Assembly: GCA_963793305.1 (NCBI GenBank)
Contig: CAWBZV010000003.1
Span: 1,344,001 to 1,408,000 of the forward strand
Source: an uncultured Gemmatimonadales bacterium
GTDB lineage: Bacteria; Gemmatimonadota; Gemmatimonadetes; Gemmatimonadales; Gemmatimonadaceae
DNA: 64,000 nt
Direction: 5' to 3'
Each line of letters begins with the position of its first letter. Positions within the stretch are counted from its first letter, which is position 1. The notes under the pieces were generated by a model that made no database searches, was not told the DNA's origin, and saw only the letters and a list, made by a program, of their open reading frames with translations. Of this stretch, positions 1-10,771 are shown piece after piece. Both the position numbers and the translations under genes were made by a program.

Positions 1-1337
1 GTCGCGCGCTGGATCTCCTCGCTGAGGCGCGGATTGTACAACAGGGCCAGCGCCCCCGTGACGTGCTCGCGCAGCCGATCGACCGCGACGAGTGGCGCGC
101 GAACGGGCCCGCTCACGGGATCGACGCTCCGCAACAACCGCCCCACGCGCGCGTCCGAGATCTGCGCCTGAAATCGGAGCGAGTCGCCGTCGCGGTAGAA
201 GCTGCCCCAGACGATCGTCCCGGCGCCGGTCTGTTCCGCCAGCGCTCGGACCGCCGCGGGCCCGGCTCCGACAGGCGTTCTCGCGGCGAGCATGGCGGTT
301 CGCGCATCGACGACGTCGACGAGTCCGGTCTCCGCCAGGCGCTGCGTCACCCAATCGGCCGCCATCAGCCCGACGGGGTTGAACGCGCTGTCACCCGTGT
401 TGTTGTCGAACCGCGCCACGAGCACGCGCGTAGGCACCAACACCGGCCCGCGCATGGCTCGCCACTCGGTGATGGCATGCACGCCTACGGCAACGATGGC
501 CAGTCCCGCAACCAGGGCGATGATGAGGCCACGTCGCTTCGGCGGCTCGGATTTCGGCGCGGCCGCTTGCGGCACGCTCGGTCGCCGAATGGCGGCTGGC
601 GTGCGGCGCTTGTGGGGCGCAATGGGAATCGCCTGCTCCGGCGAATCACGGAGCTTCGTCGCATACGCCGTCACCGAAGCATCAGGCGCCGCGTCGAGCT
701 CCTGTCGCACCAACGTCTCGTACACCCGGGCGTGCTGCAGCGCACCCGCGCGATCCCCGGAGGCGGCCAGTGCGTGCATGAGCTCGAGCGCCACTTCGGC
801 GTCGAGTGGATCGGCCGACGCGAGCCGTCGACACCAGCCGGCTTCCGCGCGCGGATCCCCGCGATCGTGTGCGTCGGCCGCCAGCGTCCGCAGCGCTTTG
901 CGATATCGCTCGGCGAGATGCGACCGCTGCCCCTCGACCCAGCGCTCGAACTCCGGCGCGTCCGGCACGTAGAACCCGTCGAGAAACGGCCCCCGATAGA
1001 TCGCGACCGCGCGCTCGTGCTCCTTCCGCTCGAGCGCCTGCTCGAACTCCGCCAAGTCGCTGGTGATCGCCTCGGGATTGAGGCGAAGCTCCGTCGTTCC
1101 GAGCACGAGATCGTCGCGCCCGAGATCGCGCCGCAGCGAGTACACGGTCTGCGCCAGCACGCGCCGGGCTTTCTCGTCATCACTGTCCGGCCATAGCTGG
1201 TTTATCAACTTCGCGCGCGCGACGCCGCGGTCGCCGGCGGCAGCGAGGATGGCGAGCACGGCCAACGGACGCCGCTGCCCGGCGGCGCCGCCGTCGCGGT
1301 CGATGGATAGACCACCGAACGTCCGGACCCGGAGCAT
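1..1337 (-). CDS. BTAD/SARP-type transcriptional activator domain protein with TM segment and TolB-N-like region (3' end runs off window)
   Basis: Own translation from ATG 1337: MLRVRTFGGLSIDR...LWPDSDDEKARRVLAQTVYSLRR...YRGPFLDGF...EFERWVE...; later a TM segment (GLIIALVAGLAIVAVGV) and VLVARFDNNTGD. Not in the ORF track because it is open at the window edge. Confidence 0.8.
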   Translation of the reverse strand, partial: MLRVRTFGGLSIDRDGGAAGQRRPLAVLAILAAAGDRGVARAKLINQLWPDSDDEKARRVLAQTVYSLRRDLGRDDLVLGTTELRLNPEAITSDLAEFEQALERKEHERAVAIYRGPFLDGFYVPDAPEFERWVEGQRSHLAERYRKALRTLAADAHDRGDPRAEAGWCRRLASADPLDAEVALELMHALAASGDRAGALQHARVYETLVRQELDAAPDASVTAYATKLRDSPEQAIPIAPHKRRTPAAIRRPSVPQAAAPKSEPPKRRGLIIALVAGLAIVAVGVHAITEWRAMRGPVLVPTRVLVARFDNNTGDSAFNPVGLMAADWVTQRLAETGLVDVVDARTAMLAARTPVGAGPAAVRALAEQTGAGTIVWGSFYRDGDSLRFQAQISDARVGRLLRSVDPVSGPVRAPLVAVDRLREHVTGALALLYNPRLSEEIQRA

Positions 1338-1339
1338 GG

Positions 1340-2308
1340 TCAGGGAACGAGGAGAATCTTGCCGGCCGTACGACGCGACTCGAGCGCGCGTTGCGCGTCC
1401 GCGGCGTCTTTCAGCGGGTACTCGTGCGCAATCCGCACCTTGAGCTCGCCGGCTTTGATCCACGTGAACAGATCGTTCACCCGTCCCACCATCTCGTCGC
1501 GCGTCGCGGTGTAACTGCCGAGCGTCGGGCGCGTGAGATAGAGCGAGCCCTTGCGATTCAAGATCTGGGGATCGATCGGTGGAACCGCGCCGCTCGACGC
1601 GCCGAACAGCACCATGTATCCGCGCGGCCGGAGACAGTCGAGGCTCGCGTCAAACGTTGCCTTCCCGACCGAGTCATACACGACATCGACACCCTGGCCA
1701 CCGGTGTACCGCGCGACCTCGGCCACCACGTTCTGCGTCGAGTACTCGATAGTCTCGTCCGCGCCGTCGGCACGGGCGATCTCGGCCTTGGCCGCCGTGC
1801 CCACGCTCCCGATCACCCGCGCGCCCCGCCGCTTGGCGATCTGGACGAGCAATCCCCCGGTGCCGCCCGCAGCCGCGTGGATGAGACACGTCATTCCGGG
1901 CGCCAACGGATACGTCAATGTCGCGAGATAATGCGCGGTCATCCCTTGCAGCATGACCGCCGCGGCTACGTCGGTAGCGACGCCATCGGGAATCTTTACG
2001 AGCTTTGCCGCAGGGACGGCTTGCAGCTCCGCATACGCTCCAAGCGGTCCCTCGTACGCGACCCGGTCACCAACGGCCAACCCGGCCACGCCGTCGCCGA
2101 GGGCGACGATCGTTCCGGCGCCTTCCGTGCCTGGGATAAAAGGCATGGGCACTGCATACATCCCAGTCCGCCGGTATACGTCAATGAAATTGACGCCTAT
2201 GCCCGCGAGGCGAACCAGCGCTTCGCCGGGGCGAAGTTGAGGGTCGGTTACGGTTTCGTAGCGGAGGACCTCTGGTCCTCCGTTTTCGTGTACACGGATG
2301 GCCTTCAT
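1340..2308 (-). CDS. qor: NADPH:quinone oxidoreductase (zeta-crystallin/MDR family)
   Basis: MKAIRVHENGGPEVL, GVNFIDVYRRTG, HAAAGGTG, DVVYDSVG, GKILL motifs. Confidence 0.9.
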   Translation of the reverse strand: MKAIRVHENGGPEVLRYETVTDPQLRPGEALVRLAGIGVNFIDVYRRTGMYAVPMPFIPGTEGAGTIVALGDGVAGLAVGDRVAYEGPLGAYAELQAVPAAKLVKIPDGVATDVAAAVMLQGMTAHYLATLTYPLAPGMTCLIHAAAGGTGGLLVQIAKRRGARVIGSVGTAAKAEIARADGADETIEYSTQNVVAEVARYTGGQGVDVVYDSVGKATFDASLDCLRPRGYMVLFGASSGAVPPIDPQILNRKGSLYLTRPTLGSYTATRDEMVGRVNDLFTWIKAGELKVRIAHEYPLKDAADAQRALESRRTAGKILLVP

Positions 2309-2311
2309 GGG

Positions 2312-2341
2312 TTGACAAGTTATAACGTCGCCGCGTAGTCT
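2312..2341 (+). promoter_or_regulatory. sigma70-type promoter for a leaderless leader-peptide transcript
   Basis: TTGACA (2312-2317), 18 bp spacer, TAGTCT (2336-2341), then ATG 5 nt later at 2347. Confidence 0.65.
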
Positions 2342-2346
2342 CCGAC

Positions 2347-2412
2347 ATGCGTCGCGAAACCGTCACGTTCTGTTGTGCTACCGCCAATCTGCGGCCAAGG
2401 CGACATACGTGA
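2347..2412 (+). CDS. Cys-Cys leader peptide (21 aa, MRRETVTFCCATANLRPRRHT)
   Basis: Small ORF with tandem TGT TGT at 2371-2376, between the promoter and an intrinsic terminator preceding a sulfurtransferase. Confidence 0.7.
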   Translation: MRRETVTFCCATANLRPRRHT

Positions 2413-2444
2413 CGGACTGACAGCATAATTGTCGCGTTTTCCCC

Positions 2445-2477
2445 GGCCGCTCCGATTACCGAGCGGCCCTTTTTTTT
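2445..2477 (+). terminator. Intrinsic terminator (attenuator) directly upstream of the sulfurtransferase RBS
   Basis: GGCCGCTC-8 nt loop-GAGCGGCC, then C and T8. Confidence 0.8.
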
Positions 2478-2489
2478 CCCCGAGGAACT

Positions 2490-3386
2490 ATGTCGACCGC
2501 TACCACCACTGTGGATCCGGAGATCGAGAAGAAGGGGTACGCCCAGCCCGAGGTGTTGGTCAGCACGAATTGGCTGGCCGAGCATCTCCATGACCCGAAT
2601 ATCCGCATCCTGGAGAGCGATGAGGACGTCCTGCTCTACGACACCGGCCACATTCCCGGCGCGCAAAAGGTCGATTGGCACACCGACCTGAACGATCCGG
2701 TCATCCGCGACTACATCACGCCGGCCGCGTTCCAAGCGCTCCTGCGCCGCCTCGGCATCGATGAGTCGACGCCGGTCATCTACTACGGCGACAAGAACAA
2801 CTGGTGGGCGACGTATGCCTTCTGGGTGTTCAAGCTCTTTGGCTTCGAGAACGTGCGCGTTCTCGATGGCGGGCGCGCGAAGTGGGAGGCGGAGAAGCGG
2901 GAGTTCGTCACCGATCGGCCGAAGTTCGAGCCCTCGACCTACACCGCGCCGCAGCGCGACGACAAGCACATCCGGGCCTTTCTCGAGGATGTGAAGAAGC
3001 ATCTCAACGCCAAGGGCAAGCTCGTCGACGTGCGTTCGCCGCAGGAATACACCGGCGAAAAGCTCCACATGCCCGACTACCCGCAGGAGGGCGCCCTCCG
3101 CGGTGGGCACATCCCGACGGCCAGGAGCGTTCCTTGGGCTCGCGCCGCGAATCCCGACGGCACGTTCAAGTCCGCCGAGGACCTCCGCGCCATCTACGAG
3201 AAGGAGCAGGGGCTTAACAAAGGCGACGAAGTCATCGCCTACTGCCGCATCGGCGAGCGGTCGTCACACACGTGGTTTGTGCTGACGTACCTCCTCGGAT
3301 ATCCCAAAGTCCGGAATTACGACGGCAGCTGGACCGAGTGGGGGAACGCCGTGCGCGTGCCGATCGAGCAGGGGTCGGGCAAATGA
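2490..3386 (+). CDS. sseA: Thiosulfate/3-mercaptopyruvate sulfurtransferase (tandem rhodanese, SseA/CysA type)
   Basis: GHIPGA, DWHTDL, catalytic [25 protein letters not shown]. Confidence 0.92.
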   Translation: MSTATTTVDPEIEKKGYAQPEVLVSTNWLAEHLHDPNIRILESDEDVLLYDTGHIPGAQKVDWHTDLNDPVIRDYITPAAFQALLRRLGIDESTPVIYYGDKNNWWATYAFWVFKLFGFENVRVLDGGRAKWEAEKREFVTDRPKFEPSTYTAPQRDDKHIRAFLEDVKKHLNAKGKLVDVRSPQEYTGEKLHMPDYPQEGALRGGHIPTARSVPWARAANPDGTFKSAEDLRAIYEKEQGLNKGDEVIAYCRIGERSSHTWFVLTYLLGYPKVRNYDGSWTEWGNAVRVPIEQGSGK

Positions 3387-3460
3387 TACTCTTATGTATC
3401 GTGTGATCCATTAACGCCTCAGGGAGTATTGGCGGGGATCATGTTACTTTGCCCCCGCCA

Positions 3461-4924
3461 ATGCTTCTTAAGTTCGTCGTTGCGCTGAGTATCGCGGTAC
3501 GTATCGGCGCGCAACAACCGGCGCCGCCGAGTCGGGCGCTCTCGCTGTCCGACGCCGTCGGTACCGCGCTCGGCCAGAGCGAGACGATGACGATCGCTCG
3601 CGCAGGTCTGACGCGCGCCCGCGGGCAGGTCCTGCAGGCGCGCGCGCCGTTCCTGCCGCAGCTCTTCGGCACGTTGAGCTATACCCGCACGATCAAGTCG
3701 CAGTACGCCGCTCTGACGTCCATCCCCAAGAACCAATTCGAGCTCTGTACGATCCAGCTCGACTCCACCGCGACCGGGGCGCAGCGGCAAGCCGCGCTGG
3801 CGGCAGCCCAAAGCTGCCCGTCCCAGTTCTCCGGCAACATCTTCTCGAGCGTCGGCATTGGCGCGCTGAACGCCTACAACCTCGGCCTCTCGTTCTCGCA
3901 GACCCTGTTCGATGGCCAATTCCTCGCGGCGCACGCCGCCACGGCTCCGCGCGAGGCTGCGGAGATCGAGCTCGGCGCCCAGCGCGCGCAGGTCATGTTC
4001 GACGTCGCGCAGGCGTACTATGATGCCGCACTCGCCGACGAGCTGGTGACGATCGCGGATTCGACCCTGGCGATGGACGAGCGCACACTGGCCCAGGCGC
4101 AGTTGGCCCGGCGAGTGGGCAACCAGTCGGAGTTCGACCTCCTCGAGACGCAGGTGACGCGCGACAATCAGATCCCGGTGCTGGTTCAGGTGAAGGCCGA
4201 GCGCGATCAGCGATACTTGCGGCTCAAGCAGTTGATCGGGCTGCCGCTCGACGCGCCGCTGGCCCTGACGACCGGGGTCGAGGACGGGACCGATCTGCCG
4301 GGGGGTATGCGACTCGCCTCGCTCAACGACAGCATGCCCGGCGTAGTCGGCGATACCACGGTCGACCACCGTTCGAGTGTGCGCGAGCAGCACGAGGCGG
4401 TCGTCGAGACAGAGGCGCTCGTGTCATCGAGTCGCGGCGAGTACCTGCCGTCGCTCTCCTTGACCTCGAGCTACCAGCGGGTCGCCTTTCCCACGGGCGG
4501 GCTTCCCGCCTGGAATAGCTTCTTGAACAATTGGACTATCGGCGTGACGGCGTCCGTGCCGATCTTCAATGGATTCAAAACGCACGGGGATGTATTGATC
4601 GCCGAGGCCAACCTCGAGACCGAGAAGGCGCGGTACAACCAAGCGCGCGACGCGGCGGCGCTCGACGCGCGGAGCACGATAGCGGAGCTTCGCGCGGCCG
4701 AGGCCAGCTGGCGCGCGGTGTCGACGTCGTGGCTGCAGGCGGTGCACGCGTACGAGATCGCGGAGCTCCGCTATCGCGAAGGACTCTCGTCGCTGGTCGA
4801 GTTGAACGGGGCTCGGATCGCGCGTCAGCAGTCGTTCTCGAATCGCGCCCAAGCGGCCCGCAACGTCCAGGTCGCCCGCATGCGCGCCGCCCTGATCCGC
4901 GACCTCCCACTGGCGACGCGATGA
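3461..4924 (+). CDS. TolC-family outer membrane efflux protein
   Basis: Signal peptide, LSLSDAV, YLPSLSL, PIFNG, YREGLSSLVEL; first gene of a TolC-MFP-RND operon; start uncertain (3449/3461). Confidence 0.85.
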   Translation: MLLKFVVALSIAVRIGAQQPAPPSRALSLSDAVGTALGQSETMTIARAGLTRARGQVLQARAPFLPQLFGTLSYTRTIKSQYAALTSIPKNQFELCTIQLDSTATGAQRQAALAAAQSCPSQFSGNIFSSVGIGALNAYNLGLSFSQTLFDGQFLAAHAATAPREAAEIELGAQRAQVMFDVAQAYYDAALADELVTIADSTLAMDERTLAQAQLARRVGNQSEFDLLETQVTRDNQIPVLVQVKAERDQRYLRLKQLIGLPLDAPLALTTGVEDGTDLPGGMRLASLNDSMPGVVGDTTVDHRSSVREQHEAVVETEALVSSSRGEYLPSLSLTSSYQRVAFPTGGLPAWNSFLNNWTIGVTASVPIFNGFKTHGDVLIAEANLETEKARYNQARDAAALDARSTIAELRAAEASWRAVSTSWLQAVHAYEIAELRYREGLSSLVELNGARIARQQSFSNRAQAARNVQVARMRAALIRDLPLATR

Positions 4925-6006
4925 GATATCTCCTGGCGGCCTCGCTGTTGCTCACCGCCGCGTGTAGTCGCCGCGACGCGAGCGATACACGCGCGCAGCG
5001 CGTGATCGAGCTCGGCGTGGAAGATATCGCGATCGTCGCGACCGATGTCGTACGAAGCGGCCCCGCGATCGCTGGCACGCTCGCTCCGACTCGCAACGCG
5101 CAGCTGAGAGCCGAAGTCGGCGGCGCAGTATTAGAGACGCTCGCCGACCAAGGTCAGCACGTCGCCGCAAATCAAGTGCTCGCCCGCATCGATGCCGCGA
5201 CAATCCGCGACGCCTATGTCTCCGCGAAGTCGGCCGTCTCGACCGCGCAGCTCGCGGCCGATTACGCCGACCGGCAGGTCAAGCGCTTCGACACGCTGTT
5301 GGCGGCCGGCGCCATCGCCGAGCGGGACCACGAGGGCGTGGTCGAGCAAGATGCCCAAGCGCATTCGGCGCTCGCCAATGCCAAGTCCGGTCTCGTCCAA
5401 GCCGAGAAGGCGCTGGCCAACACTGAAATTCGCGCTCCGTTCGCGGGTGTCGTCAGTGAGCGTGACGTCAGCGCGGGCGATGTCATCGGGCCCGGCAGTC
5501 CAATGTTCGGCGTCGTCGATCCCAGTCGCTTGCAATTCGAAGCGACTGTTCCCGCCACACAGATCGCGTCCGTTCACGTAGGCGACGCCGTGTCGTTCGC
5601 GCTCAATGGCTATGGTGGCCGCACGTTCAGTGGTTCGATTGTGCGAATCAATCCGGTTGCCGACCCGGCGACACGGCAGGTTCAGGTTTTCACCGAAATC
5701 AAGAATCCGGACAACAGCATTGTCGGCGGACTCTTCGCGACGGGCCGCATAGTCACCCAATCGTCGCGCGGTCTCGTCGCGCCCATCACGGCGATCGATA
5801 CCAGGTTCCTGAAGCCAAGTGTGCTCCGACTGAGAGATGGCAAGATCGAGCGAGTCGATGTCGCACTCGGCCTCCGCGACGATGTGGCCGAGCGAGTCGA
5901 GATCACCGCTGGTGTCGCGGCCGGAGACACGCTGTTGCTCGGCCAAGCACAGGGCCTGACCCCTGGCACGCCGGTACGCGTGACCCGGATGGCGGCCGAG
6001 CGGTAG
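4921..6006 (+). CDS. RND efflux periplasmic adaptor (MFP), lipoprotein
   Basis: Lipobox LTAAC, IRAPFAGVV, INPVADPATR; ATGA overlap with tolC. Confidence 0.88.
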   Translation: MRYLLAASLLLTAACSRRDASDTRAQRVIELGVEDIAIVATDVVRSGPAIAGTLAPTRNAQLRAEVGGAVLETLADQGQHVAANQVLARIDAATIRDAYVSAKSAVSTAQLAADYADRQVKRFDTLLAAGAIAERDHEGVVEQDAQAHSALANAKSGLVQAEKALANTEIRAPFAGVVSERDVSAGDVIGPGSPMFGVVDPSRLQFEATVPATQIASVHVGDAVSFALNGYGGRTFSGSIVRINPVADPATRQVQVFTEIKNPDNSIVGGLFATGRIVTQSSRGLVAPITAIDTRFLKPSVLRLRDGKIERVDVALGLRDDVAERVEITAGVAAGDTLLLGQAQGLTPGTPVRVTRMAAER

Positions 6007-6010
6007 CCGG

Positions 6011-9000
6011 ATGTTCATTTCCGACTTCGCGATCGAGCGTCCGATCCTGACGACGGTGACGATGATCGCCCTCGTCGTGTTCGGCATATTCGCTCTGATC
6101 AAAACGGATATCGACGAATACCCGGACGTCGCCTCGCCGGTGATCTCGGTCTTCGTCCCCTATCCGGGCGCGACCCCGCGCCAGGTCGAGCGCGAAGTGA
6201 TCGACCGGTTGGAGGAGCAGTTCAGCGCGATCAGCGGTCTCGATCACCTCGAGTCGACGGGGGTCGACGGGTTCGCCGAGGTCACGGTCATCTTCCAATT
6301 CGGCAAGAGCGTCGATCAAGCCGCACAGGATGTGCGCGACGCCATCGCCGAGGTGCGCGACCAGCTCCCATCGGAGGTCCGCGAGCCGATCATCCGAAAG
6401 TACGATCCCTCGGCGCTCCCGATCGTATCGCTCGCCGTGACGTCCGAGAGCATGAGTCCGGCCGAGCTCACCATACTCGCCGATCCCGGCATCACGAAGG
6501 AGTTGCGCGGGATTCTGGGCGTGGCTCAGGTCACCGTCGAGGGCGGCGACGAGCGGACGATCGCCGTCAATCTGCGGCCGCGCGACCTCGAGGCCGCCAA
6601 TGTCAGCGTCGGCGAGGTCGTGTACGCGCTCAATACCCAGAATTTGGCCGCACCGGTCGGCAGTGTCACCGGCGCGCTGACCGAGCGGACGATCCGGCTC
6701 AATGGTCGCCTGCAGTCGCCGGACGACTTCACACAGCTCGTCGTTGCCCAGCGTGGTCCTCCGCCTCGCCTGGTTCGCCTCGGCCAGATCGCCGACGTCA
6801 AGGACACCGTTGTCGAAGCCCGCTCGCTCGCGCTCTACAACGGGCGCCCAGGTATCGGGATCGATATCACGAAAGCGAAAGGGACCTCGACGACCCGCGT
6901 GGCCGACGCGATCAAGACGAAGCTCCCGGACATCCGCCGGACGCTCCCACCCGGCGTGGAGTTGACGCTGGTGCAGGATGCCGGGGTGCGCGTCTCGCAA
7001 TCCGTCACAAACGTCGAGGAGATGCTCGTCGAGGGAGCCGTACTCACAGTCCTCGTGGTCTTCGTTTTCCTGAACTCTTGGCGCTCGACGGTGATCACAG
7101 GCCTTGCACTCCCGGTTTCTACACTGGCCGCATTCATAGCCGTCTGGGCGTTCGGCTTCACGCTCAACACGATGTCGTTGTTGGGCCTCTCGCTCGCGAT
7201 CGGGATCCTGATCGACGACGCGATCGTGGTGCGGGAGAACATTGTTCGCCATATAGAAATGGGCGAGGACCATATCGAGGCCTCGCACACGGCGACTGAC
7301 GAGATTGGGCTGGCGGTGACGGCGACTACGCTCTCGATCGTCGCCGTCTTTGTGCCGGTGGCGTTTATGCGGGGCGAGGCGGGCCAATGGTTCAAGCCGT
7401 TTGCGCTGACCGTTGTCTGCGCCGTGCTGGTTTCGCTCTTCGTGTCATTCTCACTCGACCCAATGCTCTCGGCCTATTGGCCGGACCCCCAACTCGAGTC
7501 ACACCAACGCCGAAATCCGATTGGCAGGGCGCTAGAGCGATTCAACACCTGGTTCGACCGTCAAGCTGACGCATACAAGGGCGTGATTGCCTGGGCACTC
7601 GACCATCGCTGGACCATGGTGGCACTGGCCGTGCTTTCCTTTGTCGGTGCGATCTCTCTCCAAGTGATGTTCGGCGGCGCCGACCTGATCCCAAAGAGCG
7701 ACCGCTCCGAGCTCAACATTGTCGTACAAACTCCTCCAGGTTCAAACCTCGACTATATGCGGTTAAAGCTCGCCGAGATCGAGCGGGTCCTGCGTTCGCA
7801 CCCGGAGGTGCAATCCACGTATTCCACGGTCGGGAGCGCCGCGGGCGAGATCGATTCGGGATCGGTCTACGTGCGTCTCGTCCCGAAGGGACAGCGCCGC
7901 ATGTCCCAGACGGCGCTCACCGAAGTGATACGCCCCGAACTTTCGCGGCTGGGCGGCGTCACCGCCTACGTCTTCGAGCCGAGCCCGGCGGGGAATCGCA
8001 AGCAGATCCAGATCAAGCTGCGTGACGAGGGCGCGGGATACGCGACGCTCAGTCGGTTCGCCGACCAGGTGATGGGTGCGGTGCGCCAGGTCAACGGCGC
8101 CGCGGACGTTCGGGCTCTCGACGAAGGGGGACCGGCCCGAGTTGCAGATCGATCTCAATCGCCCGCTCGCGGCGACCATGGGCATCTCGGTGAGCGACGT
8201 CGCGGCCTCGTTGCGGCCCGCGTTTGCGGGCCTGCACGTCGGTGACTGGGTCGACCCCACTGGCAAGACGCGCGACGTGACGGTCAGATTCGCGGCCGAT
8301 GCCCGCGCGAACGCGACGGACCTGCAGCAGCTCCCCTTGCTGCTCTCGTCCGACAGAGGCCCGACCACGATCCCACTGGGCGCGGTCGCGTCGGTCACGA
8401 CTTCACTTGGCCCCGCCGCGGTCGAGCACTTCGGCCGCGATGAGGTGATCAGCGTCGAGGCCAACGTCGAAGGTCGATCCCTGAGCGAAGTCTCGAACGA
8501 CATCAATGCCCGGGTGGCTCGGCTGGCCACGCCGCCGGGCATTCGCATCACGCAGGGCGGAGAGGTGAGCGATCAGGCCGAGGTCTATGGCGACATCATT
8601 GCCGCCCTCGGCCTCGCGGTGCTGCTCATGTACTTGATCCTCGTCGTGCAGTTCGGATCATTCCTCGATCCGCTGACGATCATGATGGCGCTGCCGCTCT
8701 CGCTCATTGGCGTGGTGCTCGCGCTCATGATCACGGGCGAAACGCTGAATATTCTCAGCATGATCGGCGTCATTCTCCTCATGGGCATCGTCACCAAGAA
8801 CTCGATCTTGCTGGTCGACTTCGCGATCTGGGCCAAACAACGCAAACAGATCTCGACGCGCGATGCGTTGATCGAAGCCGGCCGCATTCGTTTACGCCCG
8901 ATCCTCATGACCACCCTGGCGCTCATCGCCGGCATGCTGCCGGTGGCGATTGGCGCCGGCGTCGGCGGCGATTTCCGTCGGTCGTTGGGGATCGCGGTGA

Positions 9001-9116
9001 TTGGCGGGGTCATCACCTCGACGGTGCTGACGCTGCTCGTGGTCCCGACGTTCTACGAGATCCTGGATGGCGCACGGGCGTCTTTCCTGCGCGCCATCAA
9101 GAGTTCCGGCGACTAG
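6011..9116 (+). CDS. AcrB/AcrD/AcrF-family RND permease with a 1-nt frameshift near 8110
   Basis: MFISDFAIERP, GILIDDAIVVREN, GIVTKNSILLVD, RLRPILMT; split between ORFs 6011..8245 and 8076..9116; removing one base at ~8110-8111 restores AADV-GLSTKGDRPEL. Confidence 0.85.
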
Positions 9117-9125
9117 GTTTTCCAG

Positions 9126-9803
9126 GTGCATTGGCTTTATAACCTCCCGGGGACGTTCTGGGCGTATTTGCTGATCGGCGCGATCAGCAACATCACCGAG
9201 GAGCTCGCGCCCATCGGCGGTGGCTACGCCGCGCACCGGGGGCAGCTCGGCCTCATGCAAGTGGCCATCAGCGTCTGTATCGGGACCTGGGTCTCGGGCT
9301 TCGGTCTCTACTACCTCGGCCGCGCCCGCGGCATGTGGCTCCGCAAGCGCTTCCCGAACTTTGGCCGCCTCTTCACGCGCGCCCTCATGGTCGTGCGGCG
9401 CCGCCCCTGGCGCTCGTCGTTCGCCGTGCGCTATGCGTTCGGCCTCCGCATCACGTTGCCGATTGCGTGCGGCGCCGCCCACGTCCCGATTTGGGAATAC
9501 GCGATCGGCAGCGCCGTCAGCTCGCTCACCTGGTCCTGCCTCTTCACCGTCATCGGTTGGATGTTCGGCCGCTCAGCCGATGTGATCATGCGGCACATCC
9601 ATCGGTTCGAGGACGTGCTGACGCTCGCGGGTATCGGCGCCGTGGGGATTCTGCTCTTCGCCTATCTCCGCCGCAGCGTGACGCACGACGACGAAGCGAT
9701 CACCGAGTTCGGCAAAGAGCTCGATCGTCTCAGTGGGGAGTTTCCGATTCTGGTTGATGAGAACGGCGGAACACGCCATAGAGGTACCACAACGACGGAA
9801 TGA
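9126..9803 (+). CDS. DedA/VTT-family membrane protein
   Basis: LYYLGR, RYAFGLR, multiple TM segments. Confidence 0.8.
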   Translation: MHWLYNLPGTFWAYLLIGAISNITEELAPIGGGYAAHRGQLGLMQVAISVCIGTWVSGFGLYYLGRARGMWLRKRFPNFGRLFTRALMVVRRRPWRSSFAVRYAFGLRITLPIACGAAHVPIWEYAIGSAVSSLTWSCLFTVIGWMFGRSADVIMRHIHRFEDVLTLAGIGAVGILLFAYLRRSVTHDDEAITEFGKELDRLSGEFPILVDENGGTRHRGTTTTE

Positions 9804-10770
9804 GCACGAGGGCGCCGACGGCGATGGCCGCCACGAACGCGCGCAACGTGGCCGGAGGCGACGCGGCGTCGAAGATCGTCAGCGTCGGTGGGACCAGGAA
9901 CGGATACTGGGAGAACAGCCAGCCCCAGAGGATCAGGACCACCAGCGCGCCAGCCGCGACCCGCGCGAGCCGAAACCGTCGCGTCCAGAGTGCGACAATG
10001 GCGCCGAGGCCAGCGATCATCGCCAAGAGGTGAATCGGTCCGGCCAGTGACGAGTGCAACAGCATATGCCGCACGCGCGGCGCGAGTGGCTCGGCGGCCA
10101 GCAGCGCCGCGTACGCGGTGATCGGCAGCACGAGACCGGCCTCGATCGCTCGTCGCCGAAAGTCGTTCTGCAGCTCCGTATCGTGCGCCGCCTCGACCGT
10201 GAGATACGTCGCGGCCAGAAACGCGACCAGCACGAGCGTCATGACGCCGACGGCGAGCGTGAAGGCGTTGAGCCACGGCGTGATGAAGACGGGGACAAAT
10301 TCGATGCCGCTCTCGCCGAGTGTCGCCATGGCGGTGCCGACGCCATTCGATGCGATCGCGCCGACGATCACGCCGAGGAGGACCGGGGCGAGCACGCTGG
10401 CGATCGCGAAGATCATACCCCAGCGCTCCTGCACGGCGCTATGCGTCGCGTCGTAGGCCCGAAACGTGAACGCCGAGCCCCGCAGCACGATGCCGATGAG
10501 CAGCAGCGTGATCGGGATGTGCAGCACGGTCATGAGCGCCGCGAACGCCGGTGGAAAGCAGGTGAACAGCAATACGACAATCAGAATCAGCCAGACGTGA
10601 TTCGCTTCCCAGATCGGTCCGATCGCGTGCGCGATCAGCGCGCGCTGTTTCTCGCGCCGCGGGCCGGACGCGAGGAGATCCCACACGCCGCCGCCGTAGT
10701 CGGCCCCGCCGAACAGCACGTAGGCCGTCAACGCAACTCCGGCGATTGCCGCGACGATGGTCTGCAGCAC
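9730..10770 (-). CDS. cydB: Cytochrome bd ubiquinol oxidase subunit II
   Basis: GGADYGGG, IGPIWEANHVWLI, LRGSAF. Confidence 0.92.
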   Translation of the reverse strand: MLQTIVAAIAGVALTAYVLFGGADYGGGVWDLLASGPRREKQRALIAHAIGPIWEANHVWLILIVVLLFTCFPPAFAALMTVLHIPITLLLIGIVLRGSAFTFRAYDATHSAVQERWGMIFAIASVLAPVLLGVIVGAIASNGVGTAMATLGESGIEFVPVFITPWLNAFTLAVGVMTLVLVAFLAATYLTVEAAHDTELQNDFRRRAIEAGLVLPITAYAALLAAEPLAPRVRHMLLHSSLAGPIHLLAMIAGLGAIVALWTRRFRLARVAAGALVVLILWGWLFSQYPFLVPPTLTIFDAASPPATLRAFVAAIAVGALVLIPSLWYLYGVFRRSHQPESETPH

Positions 10771-10771
10771 G

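Noticed and set aside
63..1196. 377-aa plus-strand ORF and other long antisense or alternate-frame ORFs (e.g. 2181-3110, 5903-7387, 14760-16538, 51459-53315)
   Set aside because: Shadow ORFs of high-GC coding sequence; the overlapping frame carries the recognisable protein motifs
2342..2480. SAM or other metabolite riboswitch or T-box upstream of sseA
   Set aside because: No recognisable aptamer or T-box consensus; the leader ORF and pairings explain the terminator
8100..8130. Programmed ribosomal frameshift in the RND gene (also considered at ~35100)
   Set aside because: No slippery sequence or stimulatory structure seen; error or mutation is more parsimonious
9730..9803. Convergent 3' overlaps (also 16451-16530, 17658-17740, 35800-35838, 39144-39232) as antisense regulation
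   Set aside because: Short tail overlaps are expected in compact, stop-poor high-GC DNA; no further evidence
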